A model generated the notes under the pieces. The model saw nothing but the letters and a program-made list of their open reading frames with translations. It had not been told where the DNA came from and ran no database searches. This document shows, in pieces, positions 9,473 through 17,841 of a stretch of DNA of 64,000 bases; within the stretch, counting starts at the first letter, position 1, and each line of letters starts with the position of its first letter. The position numbers and the translations under genes were made by a program. This stretch comes from a virus: positions 1-64,000 of the IMG/VR virus record IMGVR_UViG_3300046723_000260; one strand, written 5' to 3'.

Positions 9473-10344
9473 TGGCACATCCGTACCAAGAGCTCGCGGC
9501 GGAGTACGAATCCTGGGTGGCGAACTGCCGGCCGAGGCCGGAGCGCGAGCACGAGATCGACCAGGTCGCCCGCGGGCTCTTGCGCGGGCTCCAGCACTTC
9601 GACGCGATCGCGGCGGAGACCGGCATCCCGGTCGTCGTCATGGCGACGATCTGCCACCGCGAGTACGGCGAGAACGGCGCGATGTTCAACCGCAACCCGG
9701 CGCAGGGCGATCCCCTGACGCACCCCTCGACGCACGTCCCGGCGGGGCGGCCGCCGAGCGACCACTGGCCGGTCACCTGGGAGGTCGCGGCGCTCGACGC
9801 TTTCACGGTCTGCGACCGGCTCAACGTCAACAGCGCGCCGTGGTCGCTGCCCTACGCCTGCTGGAAGTGGGAATACTACAACGGCGGCGGCAGCCGGGCG
9901 CACGGCATCCGCACGCCCTACGTCGTCGGCGGCACGAACCTCCAGCAGCGCGGCAAGTACGTCAGCGACCACAACTGGGACCCGACCGCGATGGACCAGC
10001 AGCTCGGCTGCCTGCCGATCGCCATGCGGATGATCGAGCTGGAGCCGCGGCTGGCGTTCGGCGAGGCGGTCGAGCCCGCGGCCGAGCCCGCGGAGCCGGA
10101 GGTCGCGGCGGCCCCGCCCGCGGTCGGCGCGCACCTGACCGGGGTCAAGTGGGTGCAGGCCTCGCTCAACGTGGTGGAGAACCTCGACGCGCCGCTCACG
10201 GTCGACGGCAGCTTCGGCCGGCTGACCCGCGCCGCGGTGCGGAAATTCCAGCAGGAGCACGGCATGCCGGACACCGGCTACGTCGACGAGGCGTTCTGCG
10301 CGGCGATGGACGCCGCCCTTGCCGCGAATCGGCCGGCCACGTAG
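9472..10344 (+). CDS. Endolysin (lysozyme-like) with C-terminal peptidoglycan-binding domain
   Basis: H.RE..., QGDPL...THVP.GR, WE.YNG.G, PYV.GGT..Q.GKYV.D and D.QLG motifs; C-terminal VDG.FG..T.AAV..FQ..HG. Confidence 0.85.
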   Translation: MAHPYQELAAEYESWVANCRPRPEREHEIDQVARGLLRGLQHFDAIAAETGIPVVVMATICHREYGENGAMFNRNPAQGDPLTHPSTHVPAGRPPSDHWPVTWEVAALDAFTVCDRLNVNSAPWSLPYACWKWEYYNGGGSRAHGIRTPYVVGGTNLQQRGKYVSDHNWDPTAMDQQLGCLPIAMRMIELEPRLAFGEAVEPAAEPAEPEVAAAPPAVGAHLTGVKWVQASLNVVENLDAPLTVDGSFGRLTRAAVRKFQQEHGMPDTGYVDEAFCAAMDAALAANRPAT

Positions 10345-10353
10345 GAGGGGAAA

Positions 10354-10668
10354 ATGGCCGAAGAAACATCACCCCCGACGAGCGTCCCGACGGTGAAGCC
10401 GTCGAGGCCGATCTGGCTCCCGGACACGCAGGGCTTCCTCGCGATGGCGATCATCATCGTCGTCTCGTTCCTCGCGGTCATGCTGCTTTTCAAGAGCAGC
10501 GCGATGGACGACAAGGTCGCGGGCGCGTTCATGACGCTGCTCGGCGTGATGACCGGCTGCCTCAAGGACGTCTACAGCTACTTCTTCGGTTCGAGCTCGG
10601 GCTCGGCGAAGAAGGACGACGTGATCTCGGCGATCGCGGTAACGCCGACGCCGCCGCAGGAAAAGTGA
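10354..10668 (+). CDS. Holin-like 2-TM protein
   Basis: Two TMs followed by YFFGSSSGS.KK; GGAGG-like RBS upstream. Confidence 0.7.
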   Translation: MAEETSPPTSVPTVKPSRPIWLPDTQGFLAMAIIIVVSFLAVMLLFKSSAMDDKVAGAFMTLLGVMTGCLKDVYSYFFGSSSGSAKKDDVISAIAVTPTPPQEK

Positions 10669-10670
10669 AA

Positions 10671-11210
10671 ATGTTTCACGTGAAACACTTTTGTGCCGCG
10701 CTCCTGATCGCGCTCTTGCTGCCCGGCGTCGCGCTCGCCCAGGTCAAGAGGGCGGTCTCGCCGCTCGCCGCGCCGGCGAGCAACGACGTCGGCGACGTCC
10801 TGACGCGGATCGCGGCGAAGGGCACCGCGGACATCGAGGCCGCGGACTCCCTCGCCGCGGCGATCGACCCCGACACCGGGCAGATGCGCGACGAGATCGC
10901 GCACACTTGCTTCGTCGCGATGATCAAGTTCATCGGCAAACTGCCGAAGCCGGACAGCCAGCCGCCGGGGCCCGCGGTGATCTTCGAGCGCGTCCGCCTC
11001 GCCCGCCTGACGGCGCAGGCCGGGCTCCCGACCTACCTGCGGATCGGCTGCGCGCCGCTCGTGCAGGATGAGACGCTGCTGTTCGTCCGCCTCGCGGCGA
11101 TGGTCGGCGTCACGGTCGGGACCGGCGGCCTCGCGGCCCCGGCGATCCCGGGCCTCGCCGGCGGGCTGCTGCCGGCGTTGCCCGTGCTGAACCTGCTGCC
11201 GATCAGGTGA
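10671..11210 (+). CDS. Exported/membrane protein in lysis cassette (start may be GTG 10680)
   Basis: Signal peptide ...AALLIALLLPGVALA-Q; hydrophobic C-terminus. Confidence 0.55.
   Translation: MFHVKHFCAALLIALLLPGVALAQVKRAVSPLAAPASNDVGDVLTRIAAKGTADIEAADSLAAAIDPDTGQMRDEIAHTCFVAMIKFIGKLPKPDSQPPGPAVIFERVRLARLTAQAGLPTYLRIGCAPLVQDETLLFVRLAAMVGVTVGTGGLAAPAIPGLAGGLLPALPVLNLLPIR
10672..10687. promoter_or_regulatory. parS: parS site (perfect 16-bp consensus)
   Basis: TGTTTCACGTGAAACA, identical to the canonical chromosomal parS palindrome. Confidence 0.85.
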
Positions 11211-11214
11211 GCCG

Positions 11215-11634
11215 ATGTCCGCGCGGCGCTCCTCCGGCAGGCCCAGGCGTCGCGACGACGGCGTCCTGACCCCCGACACCGGGGTGCGAATGTCCCTGAC
11301 GCAGGTCGGCTTGTTCGGCGCGGGCATCTTCGTGGTCGCCGTCGGCTACGCCTTCATGGTCTGGAACCAGACCTCGACGAGCAAGGACGTCTCCGACATC
11401 AAGACGACCCAGGCGTCCTCGCTGATCACCCTGCAGACCGTCGCGCGGGACCAGGAGGAGAAGCGCCAGGCGCTCGCCCAGGAGTTCATCAAGAGCAACC
11501 AGAAGATCGCCGACAGCATCGGGCAGCTCACGACGCTGACGGCGGTGACGCAGGAGCGCCAGAAGGCCAGCGACGAGAAGCTCGAGCGAGTCCTCGGCCA
11601 GATCGGCACCGCCCTCCAGCCCAAGGCCCGATGA
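11215..11634 (+). CDS. TM + coiled-coil protein (lysis accessory)
   Basis: One TM then heptad-rich helix. Confidence 0.5.
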   Translation: MSARRSSGRPRRRDDGVLTPDTGVRMSLTQVGLFGAGIFVVAVGYAFMVWNQTSTSKDVSDIKTTQASSLITLQTVARDQEEKRQALAQEFIKSNQKIADSIGQLTTLTAVTQERQKASDEKLERVLGQIGTALQPKAR

Positions 11635-11677
11635 AGAATCGTGGTATTTGAACGCGCCCTCGGGGGGGTGTTCAAAA

Positions 11678-12064
11678 ATGCCGCTCAACAATTCCTGGAT
11701 GGGAATGTGGCAGATCATCGTGTCTGTCGCGTTGGCGGTGGGCATCGGCCTGATCGGCATGTTCTGGTCGCTGGCCGACCCGCGCTCCGACATCAAGGAC
11801 ATCAAGAACAACTACGTCACGCTGCGCGAGCACAACGACCTCGTGACGCGGATGACCGACGGCTTCCGGCGGCTCGAAGCGGAAAGCGTCGAGCAGCGAA
11901 AAGAGCTGGCGACGAAGGTCGAAACAGAGTCCCACGCGCACACCGACGACGCGACGCGGGCGGCGCTGGTCGGGCGGCTCGACGCGATGCAGCGGCAGAT
12001 CGACCTGCTGATCTCGCGGTCGCTGATCCAGCCGCCGCCGAACGCGAGCGTCCCGCCGCGCTAA
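11678..12064 (+). CDS. TM + coiled-coil protein (lysis accessory)
   Basis: WQIIVSVALAVGIGLIGMFW TM then coiled coil with YVT..EH motif. Confidence 0.5.
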   Translation: MPLNNSWMGMWQIIVSVALAVGIGLIGMFWSLADPRSDIKDIKNNYVTLREHNDLVTRMTDGFRRLEAESVEQRKELATKVETESHAHTDDATRAALVGRLDAMQRQIDLLISRSLIQPPPNASVPPR

Positions 12065-12103
12065 GGGCGCGCGCCTTGGGGTGGCAGCCTCGCCAGGACG
12101 CGC

Positions 12104-12499
12104 CTAAAGCCCGATCCGGTACGCCCATAGGGCCTGGAAGCCGGAAAGCGAGCGTACGGGGCTTATTTCGAGAACGGGACCCACCCGGACGCGGGCCAAA
12201 CCGTTCGACCCGATCGCCTTCGCCGCCGCCGGGGTCAGGTCGATCACCCGCCCCCGGGGGAGGTGGGGACTCCGGTCGACGATCTCGACGACGACGCTCC
12301 GCCCGTTGGCGAGGTTCTCGACCCTCGCCAACGAGCCGCAGGGGAGCGAGGGATGGGCCGCCAGCATCGCGACCGGGGAAAACCGTTTCCCCGGGCACGC
12401 CACGGCGTAGTCGACGTAGGTCGAGGCGACGCCGGTCTCGGCCGCCGCCGGAGCGGCGGCCAGGAGAAGCCCCACCATGCCGCCTAACGGTACTTTCAC
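12104..12499 (-). CDS. rlpA: RlpA-like (DPBB) lytic transglycosylase, exported
   Basis: ETGVASTY, AAHPSLP.G, V.NL.NGRSVVV.I.DR and RVIDLT.AAA motifs; N-terminal signal-like segment. Confidence 0.8.
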   Translation of the reverse strand: MKVPLGGMVGLLLAAAPAAAETGVASTYVDYAVACPGKRFSPVAMLAAHPSLPCGSLARVENLANGRSVVVEIVDRSPHLPRGRVIDLTPAAAKAIGSNGLARVRVGPVLEISPVRSLSGFQALWAYRIGL

Positions 12500-12936
12500 G
12501 ACTCGCCGATCACCTTCCGCGCCTCGCGGAGGATGCGGGAGACCTGGTAGCCGCGGACGGCCTCCTCCTCGACGCGGCGGCAGAAGACCGTCCCGCACCG
12601 CCTGATCTCGTCGGCGAACGCCACCGCCTCCTCGCGCGTCTGCTCGGCGCGGCGGACGTGGTCGTTGGCGATCTTGACGACGTCGTCGGCGATGACGTTG
12701 AAGCCCTGGAGGAATCCCTTGCCCGACAGGACTCCGACCTGCGGCATCGCGCGGTCCTTCTTGATCGCGGCGACGATCTCGTCGAGCAGCGCGTCGAGCT
12801 GCTTCACGCTCCCGGAGACGAGTTCGCCGTCCGGCACCGGCGCCTCGGGCTCTACGACCTTGATCTCGCGGGCGAGGTTGTCCAGGTCCACGACCGGCTC
12901 GGTCGTCGCTTTGAAGTCGTCCACAGTCATCGACAT
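12496..12936 (-). CDS. Hypothetical helical protein
   Basis: Phage-like codon usage, RBS-like GGAAAGGGA upstream, coupled to rlpA. Confidence 0.55.
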   Translation of the reverse strand: MSMTVDDFKATTEPVVDLDNLAREIKVVEPEAPVPDGELVSGSVKQLDALLDEIVAAIKKDRAMPQVGVLSGKGFLQGFNVIADDVVKIANDHVRRAEQTREEAVAFADEIRRCGTVFCRRVEEEAVRGYQVSRILREARKVIGES

Positions 12937-13044
12937 TTGGTTTTCCCTTTCCGTTTGCGAAGCAACAGCGTTCAGATTATAAAACGGCATCGAGGCTTTC
13001 CCTTGGCTTCGACTTCTTCAGTCATTCCCCCGTTTGAAGAGGCG

Positions 13045-13073
13045 ACGGCGCCGGTCCTGCCCACCGGCGCCGT
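13045..13073 (-). terminator. Hairpin, possible terminator
   Basis: ACGGCGCCGGT-N7-ACCGGCGCCGT 11-bp stem just downstream of ORF 13077-13517; weak U tract. Confidence 0.35.
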
Positions 13074-13076
13074 TTC

Positions 13077-13517
13077 TCATTTCGCCTTCCGCGCCGCGAC
13101 CGGGTCGAGCAGCTCGACCGCCTGCCCGGTCCACTCCGGATGCCCGCGCTTGGCGATCTGCTTCTTGATCAGCTCGATCTCGTCGGCGGAGAGCTCCACG
13201 GGATAAACCGCCTTGAAGACCTTCTGCGCGAGCGTCCACCGCTTGAGCTGCTCGGTGGCGTCGAGGTTCTGCTCCGGCTGCAGCAGCGAGCCGAGCGCGA
13301 GCCGGCCGAGCGTCACCGGGAATTCCCGCTTGCACTTCGGCGGCGGGCCGGGGTCGAAGTCGCCGCACTCGCGCAGCGGGTCGCCGGTCGAGGGATCGAC
13401 GAGCTGGGCCTGGAAGTTGATGCCCTTCGGCGCGGCCTCCTCGGCCTTCGCCGACATCGCCGGGACGAGCATCATCGGCACGACCAGCCACATCAGAATC
13501 AACGCGATCAGGTTCAT
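13077..13517 (-). CDS. Hypothetical exported protein
   Basis: Hydrophobic signal peptide, Cys pair, C-terminal L.ADEIELIK helix. Confidence 0.6.
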   Translation of the reverse strand: MNLIALILMWLVVPMMLVPAMSAKAEEAAPKGINFQAQLVDPSTGDPLRECGDFDPGPPPKCKREFPVTLGRLALGSLLQPEQNLDATEQLKRWTLAQKVFKAVYPVELSADEIELIKKQIAKRGHPEWTGQAVELLDPVAARKAK

Positions 13518-13702
13518 TCGACTTTTCCTTCCTTCGCTTCGAGTTGTTGCAGCGTCGCCAGCACCGCCTCCATGTGCTGCATGTGCAGGTCGGCGACCCC
13601 CTGCGTCATGTTTCTTCGCGCGACTTGGTGCGGATAAACCCGGCGGCGCATCTTGAGCTCGTATTCGACCTCGGCGATCTGGGACTTGACGGATACGCTC
13701 AT
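13514..13702 (-). CDS. Conserved phage hypothetical
   Basis: QIAEVEYELKMRRRVYP..V....MTQ..AD pattern common in phages. Confidence 0.65.
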   Translation of the reverse strand: MSVSVKSQIAEVEYELKMRRRVYPHQVARRNMTQGVADLHMQHMEAVLATLQQLEAKEGKVE

Positions 13703-13881
13703 GTCGGAACTCCGCATTTCGGACAACCGTGCAGCCACTCGCCGGCGATCTTTCGGGTGCGCCAGCCGTCGCGCTTCGCGGCGCTCCAGACCTCGGCGAA
13801 CTCCGCGCCCGGGTCGCCCTCGAAGACCTCGTCGCACGAATCGCACTCGATCAGAATTTTCCCGCCCTGCCGGTCGATCAT
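13699..13881 (-). CDS. Small zinc-finger protein
   Basis: CDSC...AKRDGW...HGCPKC. Confidence 0.65.
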   Translation of the reverse strand: MIDRQGGKILIECDSCDEVFEGDPGAEFAEVWSAAKRDGWRTRKIAGEWLHGCPKCGVPT

Positions 13882-13884
13882 GGT

Positions 13885-14058
13885 TCACCACGCCTCGTCG
13901 CTGACGTAGGTTGCTTCCTCCTCGCGCGTCGGAGCGCGGTACTGCCACTCGCCCGAGGACGCGCGCCGGCGCATGGCGACCGTGCAGGCGTCGAGCGTCC
14001 GGCCGTCGACGGCGATCTTCGGGCCGAGGATCACGACCGAGGTCCATTCGAGCGTCAT
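13885..14058 (-). CDS. Small hypothetical (57 aa)
   Basis: Read manually: MTLEWTSVVILGPK...MRRR..GEWQYRAPTREEEA..W; overlaps upstream stop. Confidence 0.5.
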   Translation of the reverse strand: MTLEWTSVVILGPKIAVDGRTLDACTVAMRRRASSGEWQYRAPTREEEATYVSDEAW

Positions 14059-14249
14059 GATTCAAACTCCTCCGGAGCTATCCCGGCGAAAATGGCGGTG
14101 CGAAGTTCCTGCTCGACGATGGAGCTTTGCGTGCGCTTCGCGATCTGCTCGATCTCGAACCCGCAGCCGGCGGGAATCCCGTCGAGCTTCAAACGGATCG
14201 CGCGGCGCATGCGCTCGAGGTCGTCCAGCGAATACTGACGACGTTCCAT
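14055..14249 (-). CDS. Small hypothetical
   Basis: MERRQYSLDDLERMR...VEQELRTAIFAGIAPEE; coupled overlaps. Confidence 0.5.
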   Translation of the reverse strand: MERRQYSLDDLERMRRAIRLKLDGIPAGCGFEIEQIAKRTQSSIVEQELRTAIFAGIAPEEFES

Positions 14250-14578
14250 CACTTGCTCCTGTTGAAGTTGTTCCAGAGCCGGATCGCGAGCGCGAACGGG
14301 TCGAGCCCGGCCGCCTCCCAGAATTGACGCTCGCCGACGCGGTGCTGCGCCTCCGGTCCCTCGCGGTGGCAGTCGGCGCAGAGCGGGACGGCCCAGCGGT
14401 CGCTCGGCCGCTCGTTTCCGCCCGCCGGGCGCTTGCCGTGGGGCAGCGACCCCATCTTGACGTGCGCGGCCTCGGAGAGCGGCGGGCCGCCGCAGACGCA
14501 GCACGGCTGCCGCCTGACGTAGTTGAGGAACGCCGGGGACGTCTCGCGCGGCTCGCGCTGGCGGAGGGCTTCGGTCAT
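14249..14578 (-). CDS. DUF968/Ref-like Zn-finger HNH-type protein
   Basis: FLNYVRRQPCCVCG...AAH...SDRWAVPLC.DCH...QH..GE..FW. Confidence 0.7.
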   Translation of the reverse strand: MTEALRQREPRETSPAFLNYVRRQPCCVCGGPPLSEAAHVKMGSLPHGKRPAGGNERPSDRWAVPLCADCHREGPEAQHRVGERQFWEAAGLDPFALAIRLWNNFNRSK

Positions 14579-14976
14579 GGCTTCCTCGGCTTGTGACCTG
14601 CGGCGTAATCATGCGCCTCCGGGTTGCCGGAGCCGATCAGCGCCGGCCAGGACGCCTGCTTGGTCTCGACCTCCGCGCCGAACCGCTCCAGCGCCTGCCG
14701 GACGACGGGCCAGCGCGCGGCGACCTCCTGCGAGAGTCCGATCATCGCGCCGGTGTGATAGCCGAGCGTGGACCGCGTCCGCTTCATCGCGACGACGCGC
14801 TGCTCCAGCGAGACGAGCGCGGCGGACGGGACGTGGTCGAGCCTCGCGCGGAGGTCGGCGGCGATCGCCTTCAGGAGGTCGAGATCGACGGCAGCGGCGC
14901 CGGTGCGACGCCAGAGCGCGATCAGGTTCTCGACCGCTTCGAGCTTCTCCTGAATGGTGAAGACGTGCAGCGTCAT
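14575..14976 (-). CDS. Hypothetical protein
   Basis: ORF coupled to neighbours by ATGA overlaps. Confidence 0.5.
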   Translation of the reverse strand: MTLHVFTIQEKLEAVENLIALWRRTGAAAVDLDLLKAIAADLRARLDHVPSAALVSLEQRVVAMKRTRSTLGYHTGAMIGLSQEVAARWPVVRQALERFGAEVETKQASWPALIGSGNPEAHDYAAGHKPRKP

Positions 14977-15299
14977 GCCTCGTCCCCGAACAGCAAAACG
15001 AGATGGGGGACCAGCGCGGCGCAGCTTTCCGAGACGAAAACGGTCTTCGGGCCAGCGAGAACCTTCGCGAGGTCTTCATCGGGACCCATGATCGCAGCGA
15101 GCGGATCGGAACCTAACGCCACCCCAAGGCCGGCTCGGCGTTTCAGCGCGTCGAGTACGAACCCTCCGCGTCGGATCGTGATCTCGTAGAACGAGACGTC
15201 GCCATGAGCGAGCTGGGCCTTGCCGCAGACGGCACAAGCCCCGAGCGCGACGAGCTGCTTCTCCTTGATACCCGGTAGCGCCTTCAGGTCATCCTGCAT
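14973..15299 (-). CDS. Hypothetical Zn-binding protein
   Basis: CAVCGK...ESC; coupled. Confidence 0.5.
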   Translation of the reverse strand: MQDDLKALPGIKEKQLVALGACAVCGKAQLAHGDVSFYEITIRRGGFVLDALKRRAGLGVALGSDPLAAIMGPDEDLAKVLAGPKTVFVSESCAALVPHLVLLFGDEA

Positions 15300-15861
15300 C
15301 AACGTTCTCCTTTTTCGGTGCGGGCAAAGCGCGGCGGCGCGGCGGAGCCTCGATCGCGGCCTCGCGCTCAAGATCCTCGCGGGCGAGCCCGATCATCGCC
15401 GCGATCAGGTCGAGCACGTCGCGCTTGCTCTGCTCGAACTCGTCGCGGAGCATGGAACTGAGCGCCTGGGACTTGGCGACGCGGACGTGGACGTGGCGAC
15501 CGGAGACGGTGATCCGGGCGTACTCGTCGAATCGCCGCAGCGCCTTCGCGAAGACCTTGGCGTCCTTCGGCGTGTCGAAGCCGTAGTGCGTGTGGCTGCA
15601 GTAATTGCACTCGACCAAGCACCACCGGCGAAGATGGTCCGCCGTCGGGAATATCTTCGCGACGTTCTCCGGGAGGTTGTCCCAGCCGCCGGCGACGGAG
15701 GCGAAGTAGTGGTTGTGCGAGCGCATCGACCGCTGCTCGACGAGCGTCAGCGGGTACTCCTCGCCGACGGCGAACTGCCGCTCGCACAGCGGCAGGAAGC
15801 GCGGCAGCGGCACCATCGAGCCGGCGTCGGTCCAGACGAAGACGACCGGGCGAATCTTCAC
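15289..15861 (-). CDS. NinB/DUF1367-like recombination accessory protein
   Basis: RS..SHNHYFA, E/DHLR.W.L and SQ...M...EF..SK..VL motifs; downstream of exonuclease. Confidence 0.55.
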   Translation of the reverse strand: MKIRPVVFVWTDAGSMVPLPRFLPLCERQFAVGEEYPLTLVEQRSMRSHNHYFASVAGGWDNLPENVAKIFPTADHLRRWCLVECNYCSHTHYGFDTPKDAKVFAKALRRFDEYARITVSGRHVHVRVAKSQALSSMLRDEFEQSKRDVLDLIAAMIGLAREDLEREAAIEAPPRRRALPAPKKENVDAG

Positions 15862-16517
15862 AGCATCCCCCGCAGCTTTGCGTAGAGCCGGTGCAGCTCG
15901 TGGTCGAAGACCTCCGCGGCGGCGGCGACCTCGGCGATCGCGGCCTCGTTGCGCTTCACGGTGAAACTGCGCGGCGGCATCCCCTCGTAGAACAGCAGGA
16001 GGTCGACCGCGTCGAGGTCGCAGACCCACTGCGTCCAGCGGACCTGCGCCAGATGCTCCGACGGGATCGAGGCGGTCGGCTCCAGCAGCGGGATCAACAG
16101 GTGCGGCGCGACGGTCTTGATCTCGAGCCCGCGCGAACGCCGCGAGAGCAGGCCGTCCGGACTGCACCCGACGAAGCGCCCGGAGGGAAGCCGCCGGCGG
16201 ACGAAGCCGACGCGCTCGACGGTGATCAAGTACGATCGCTCGTAGTGCTCGCGGGCGAGCGGCTCCATGTCGTTGCCGCGCTGCATCGCCGCGGTGACGA
16301 TCTTGCCCTCGGCGGGCTTGCCGGTCATCAGCTCGCCGGCGAGCTTCCGCATGTACTCGACGCGGGTCTTCGCGTCGGCGTCGCGGAGCACCATCGCGGC
16401 GCACGAGGCGGTGGGCGTTCCGAGCCGGAGCTCGTACCAATCCGGCGAGCCCTGTTCGACCTCGTCGAAGAACTCGACCTCGGGCGGCGGCTTCTTTTTC
16501 AGCGCGGCTCTAGCCAC
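15858..16517 (-). CDS. YqaJ/lambda-exonuclease family recombinase nuclease
   Basis: QGSPDW..LRLG.PTAS, M.RG..MEP.AR, GCSPDGL and GLEIK motifs. Confidence 0.9.
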   Translation of the reverse strand: MARAALKKKPPPEVEFFDEVEQGSPDWYELRLGTPTASCAAMVLRDADAKTRVEYMRKLAGELMTGKPAEGKIVTAAMQRGNDMEPLAREHYERSYLITVERVGFVRRRLPSGRFVGCSPDGLLSRRSRGLEIKTVAPHLLIPLLEPTASIPSEHLAQVRWTQWVCDLDAVDLLLFYEGMPPRSFTVKRNEAAIAEVAAAAEVFDHELHRLYAKLRGML

Positions 16518-17403
16518 CTGCCTGCTCCTTGATCAGCCGCTTGAGCGTGGTGATCGCCCTGCCGAAGTCGACCGCCGGCAGGTCGGCGATCTTCTCGATC
16601 TTCCACGGCTTGCAGAACGCGAGGCTGCTCTTGCCGAGAGCTTCGAGCGCCTCGACGATCTCGTCCTGCTGCTTCTGCGAGATCAGCGGGACGTCGCCCT
16701 CGACGACCGTGCCATCGACGACCGTCGCGCGGTTGCCGTCGTTGTCCATGCCCTCGATCTGGATGTCGAAGATCATGCACTTGAGGAAGCGCCGCGCGTA
16801 GGTGACGCTCGACCCGGAGCCCTGCGCCAGCGTCTTCGTCCCCTCGCCCTTCGGGCCTTTGTGGTCCATGCCGACGTCCATCTCGTAGCGCCGCGTTTGG
16901 CCGTCGGCGTGCGAGACGTCGCAGACGACGAGGTAGTGCTCGGGCAGCTTCGAGGCGCCGCCGCCGTAGGAGAGCGTGAAGCCGTTGCCGCGGATGAACG
17001 GGTCGACCTGCTTGCTGATGTCCTCCAGCTTCGCCCACCACGACTTCGTGTGCTTGTTGTAGGACTTGCGCTTGATCGAGATCGCGCTGATCTGCTGCTG
17101 CGCCTTCAGCATCGAGGCGTTGAAGGCGTGGGCGGCGACGCGGTCCTGCTCCTCGCGGATCATCGCCAGAATCTCCTTGGCGATCGCGACGTCCTTGCCG
17201 TCCTTGATCTGGCGGAGCTGGTCGATCAGCGCGTTCGGCGCGGGCACCCGCTCGACCTTGGCGAGCTGTCCCTTGTTGACGGCTGGCTGCGCCACGCCGC
17301 TCCCGGTCGTCGGTCGCCGCGGCTTCGGTCCCGGTTCGGGTTGGTGACCTCCGAGCAGGTCTGGTTGCTTTTCGGCGGTGGCGGTGGCGGTCTTGCGAGC
17401 CAT
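16510..17403 (-). CDS. erf: ERF-family single-strand annealing protein
   Basis: WAKLEDI, Q..GSSVTYARRF and DNDGN motifs. Confidence 0.85.
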   Translation of the reverse strand: MARKTATATAEKQPDLLGGHQPEPGPKPRRPTTGSGVAQPAVNKGQLAKVERVPAPNALIDQLRQIKDGKDVAIAKEILAMIREEQDRVAAHAFNASMLKAQQQISAISIKRKSYNKHTKSWWAKLEDISKQVDPFIRGNGFTLSYGGGASKLPEHYLVVCDVSHADGQTRRYEMDVGMDHKGPKGEGTKTLAQGSGSSVTYARRFLKCMIFDIQIEGMDNDGNRATVVDGTVVEGDVPLISQKQQDEIVEALEALGKSSLAFCKPWKIEKIADLPAVDFGRAITTLKRLIKEQAGG

Positions 17404-17422
17404 TTCGAATCTCCCTGTTTGA

Positions 17423-17438
17423 GTGGAAAAGTTTACCC
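17423..17438. promoter_or_regulatory. Putative operator (GTGGA-N6-TCCAC family)
   Basis: GTGGAAAAGTTTACCC upstream of erf. Confidence 0.45.
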
Positions 17439-17789
17439 TACCGGCGGGCCGATCTCCACGAGCGGCCAGTTGTTACTCCCCTTGTGAAGTCGGGCGTCGA
17501 TCGAGAGCCCCTGCGTCTGCTGGGCGTTGCCGCCGCCCTCGTCGAACCCCATGACGGAGACGAGCTTGCCGTTGACGTCGATGAACCGCGCGAGCGTCGC
17601 GTTCTGCTTGCTGGAGACGTAGCCGAGGTGCGTCCCGCGCGCCCAGACCTGGACGGCGTTCGTGTCGAATTGGTTGCTCGGTTCGCGGACCAGCGTCAGC
17701 GGTTCGTTGTTCGGCAGGTCGGAGACGAGCCCTATCGTGCCGCGGTGCTTCATGCCGACGAGCGCGTAGCGCAGCGTTCTCTCCGTCAT
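17433..17789 (-). CDS. Stand-alone HIRAN domain protein
   Basis: VGMKHR...LTLVREPSNQFDTNAVQVW...LGYV. Confidence 0.85.
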   Translation of the reverse strand: MTERTLRYALVGMKHRGTIGLVSDLPNNEPLTLVREPSNQFDTNAVQVWARGTHLGYVSSKQNATLARFIDVNGKLVSVMGFDEGGGNAQQTQGLSIDARLHKGSNNWPLVEIGPPVG

Positions 17790-17841
17790 AGCGTGATCCC
17801 TCCATCGGACGACGTCTTCCAAAGGTACGGCGAGCGGCTGT

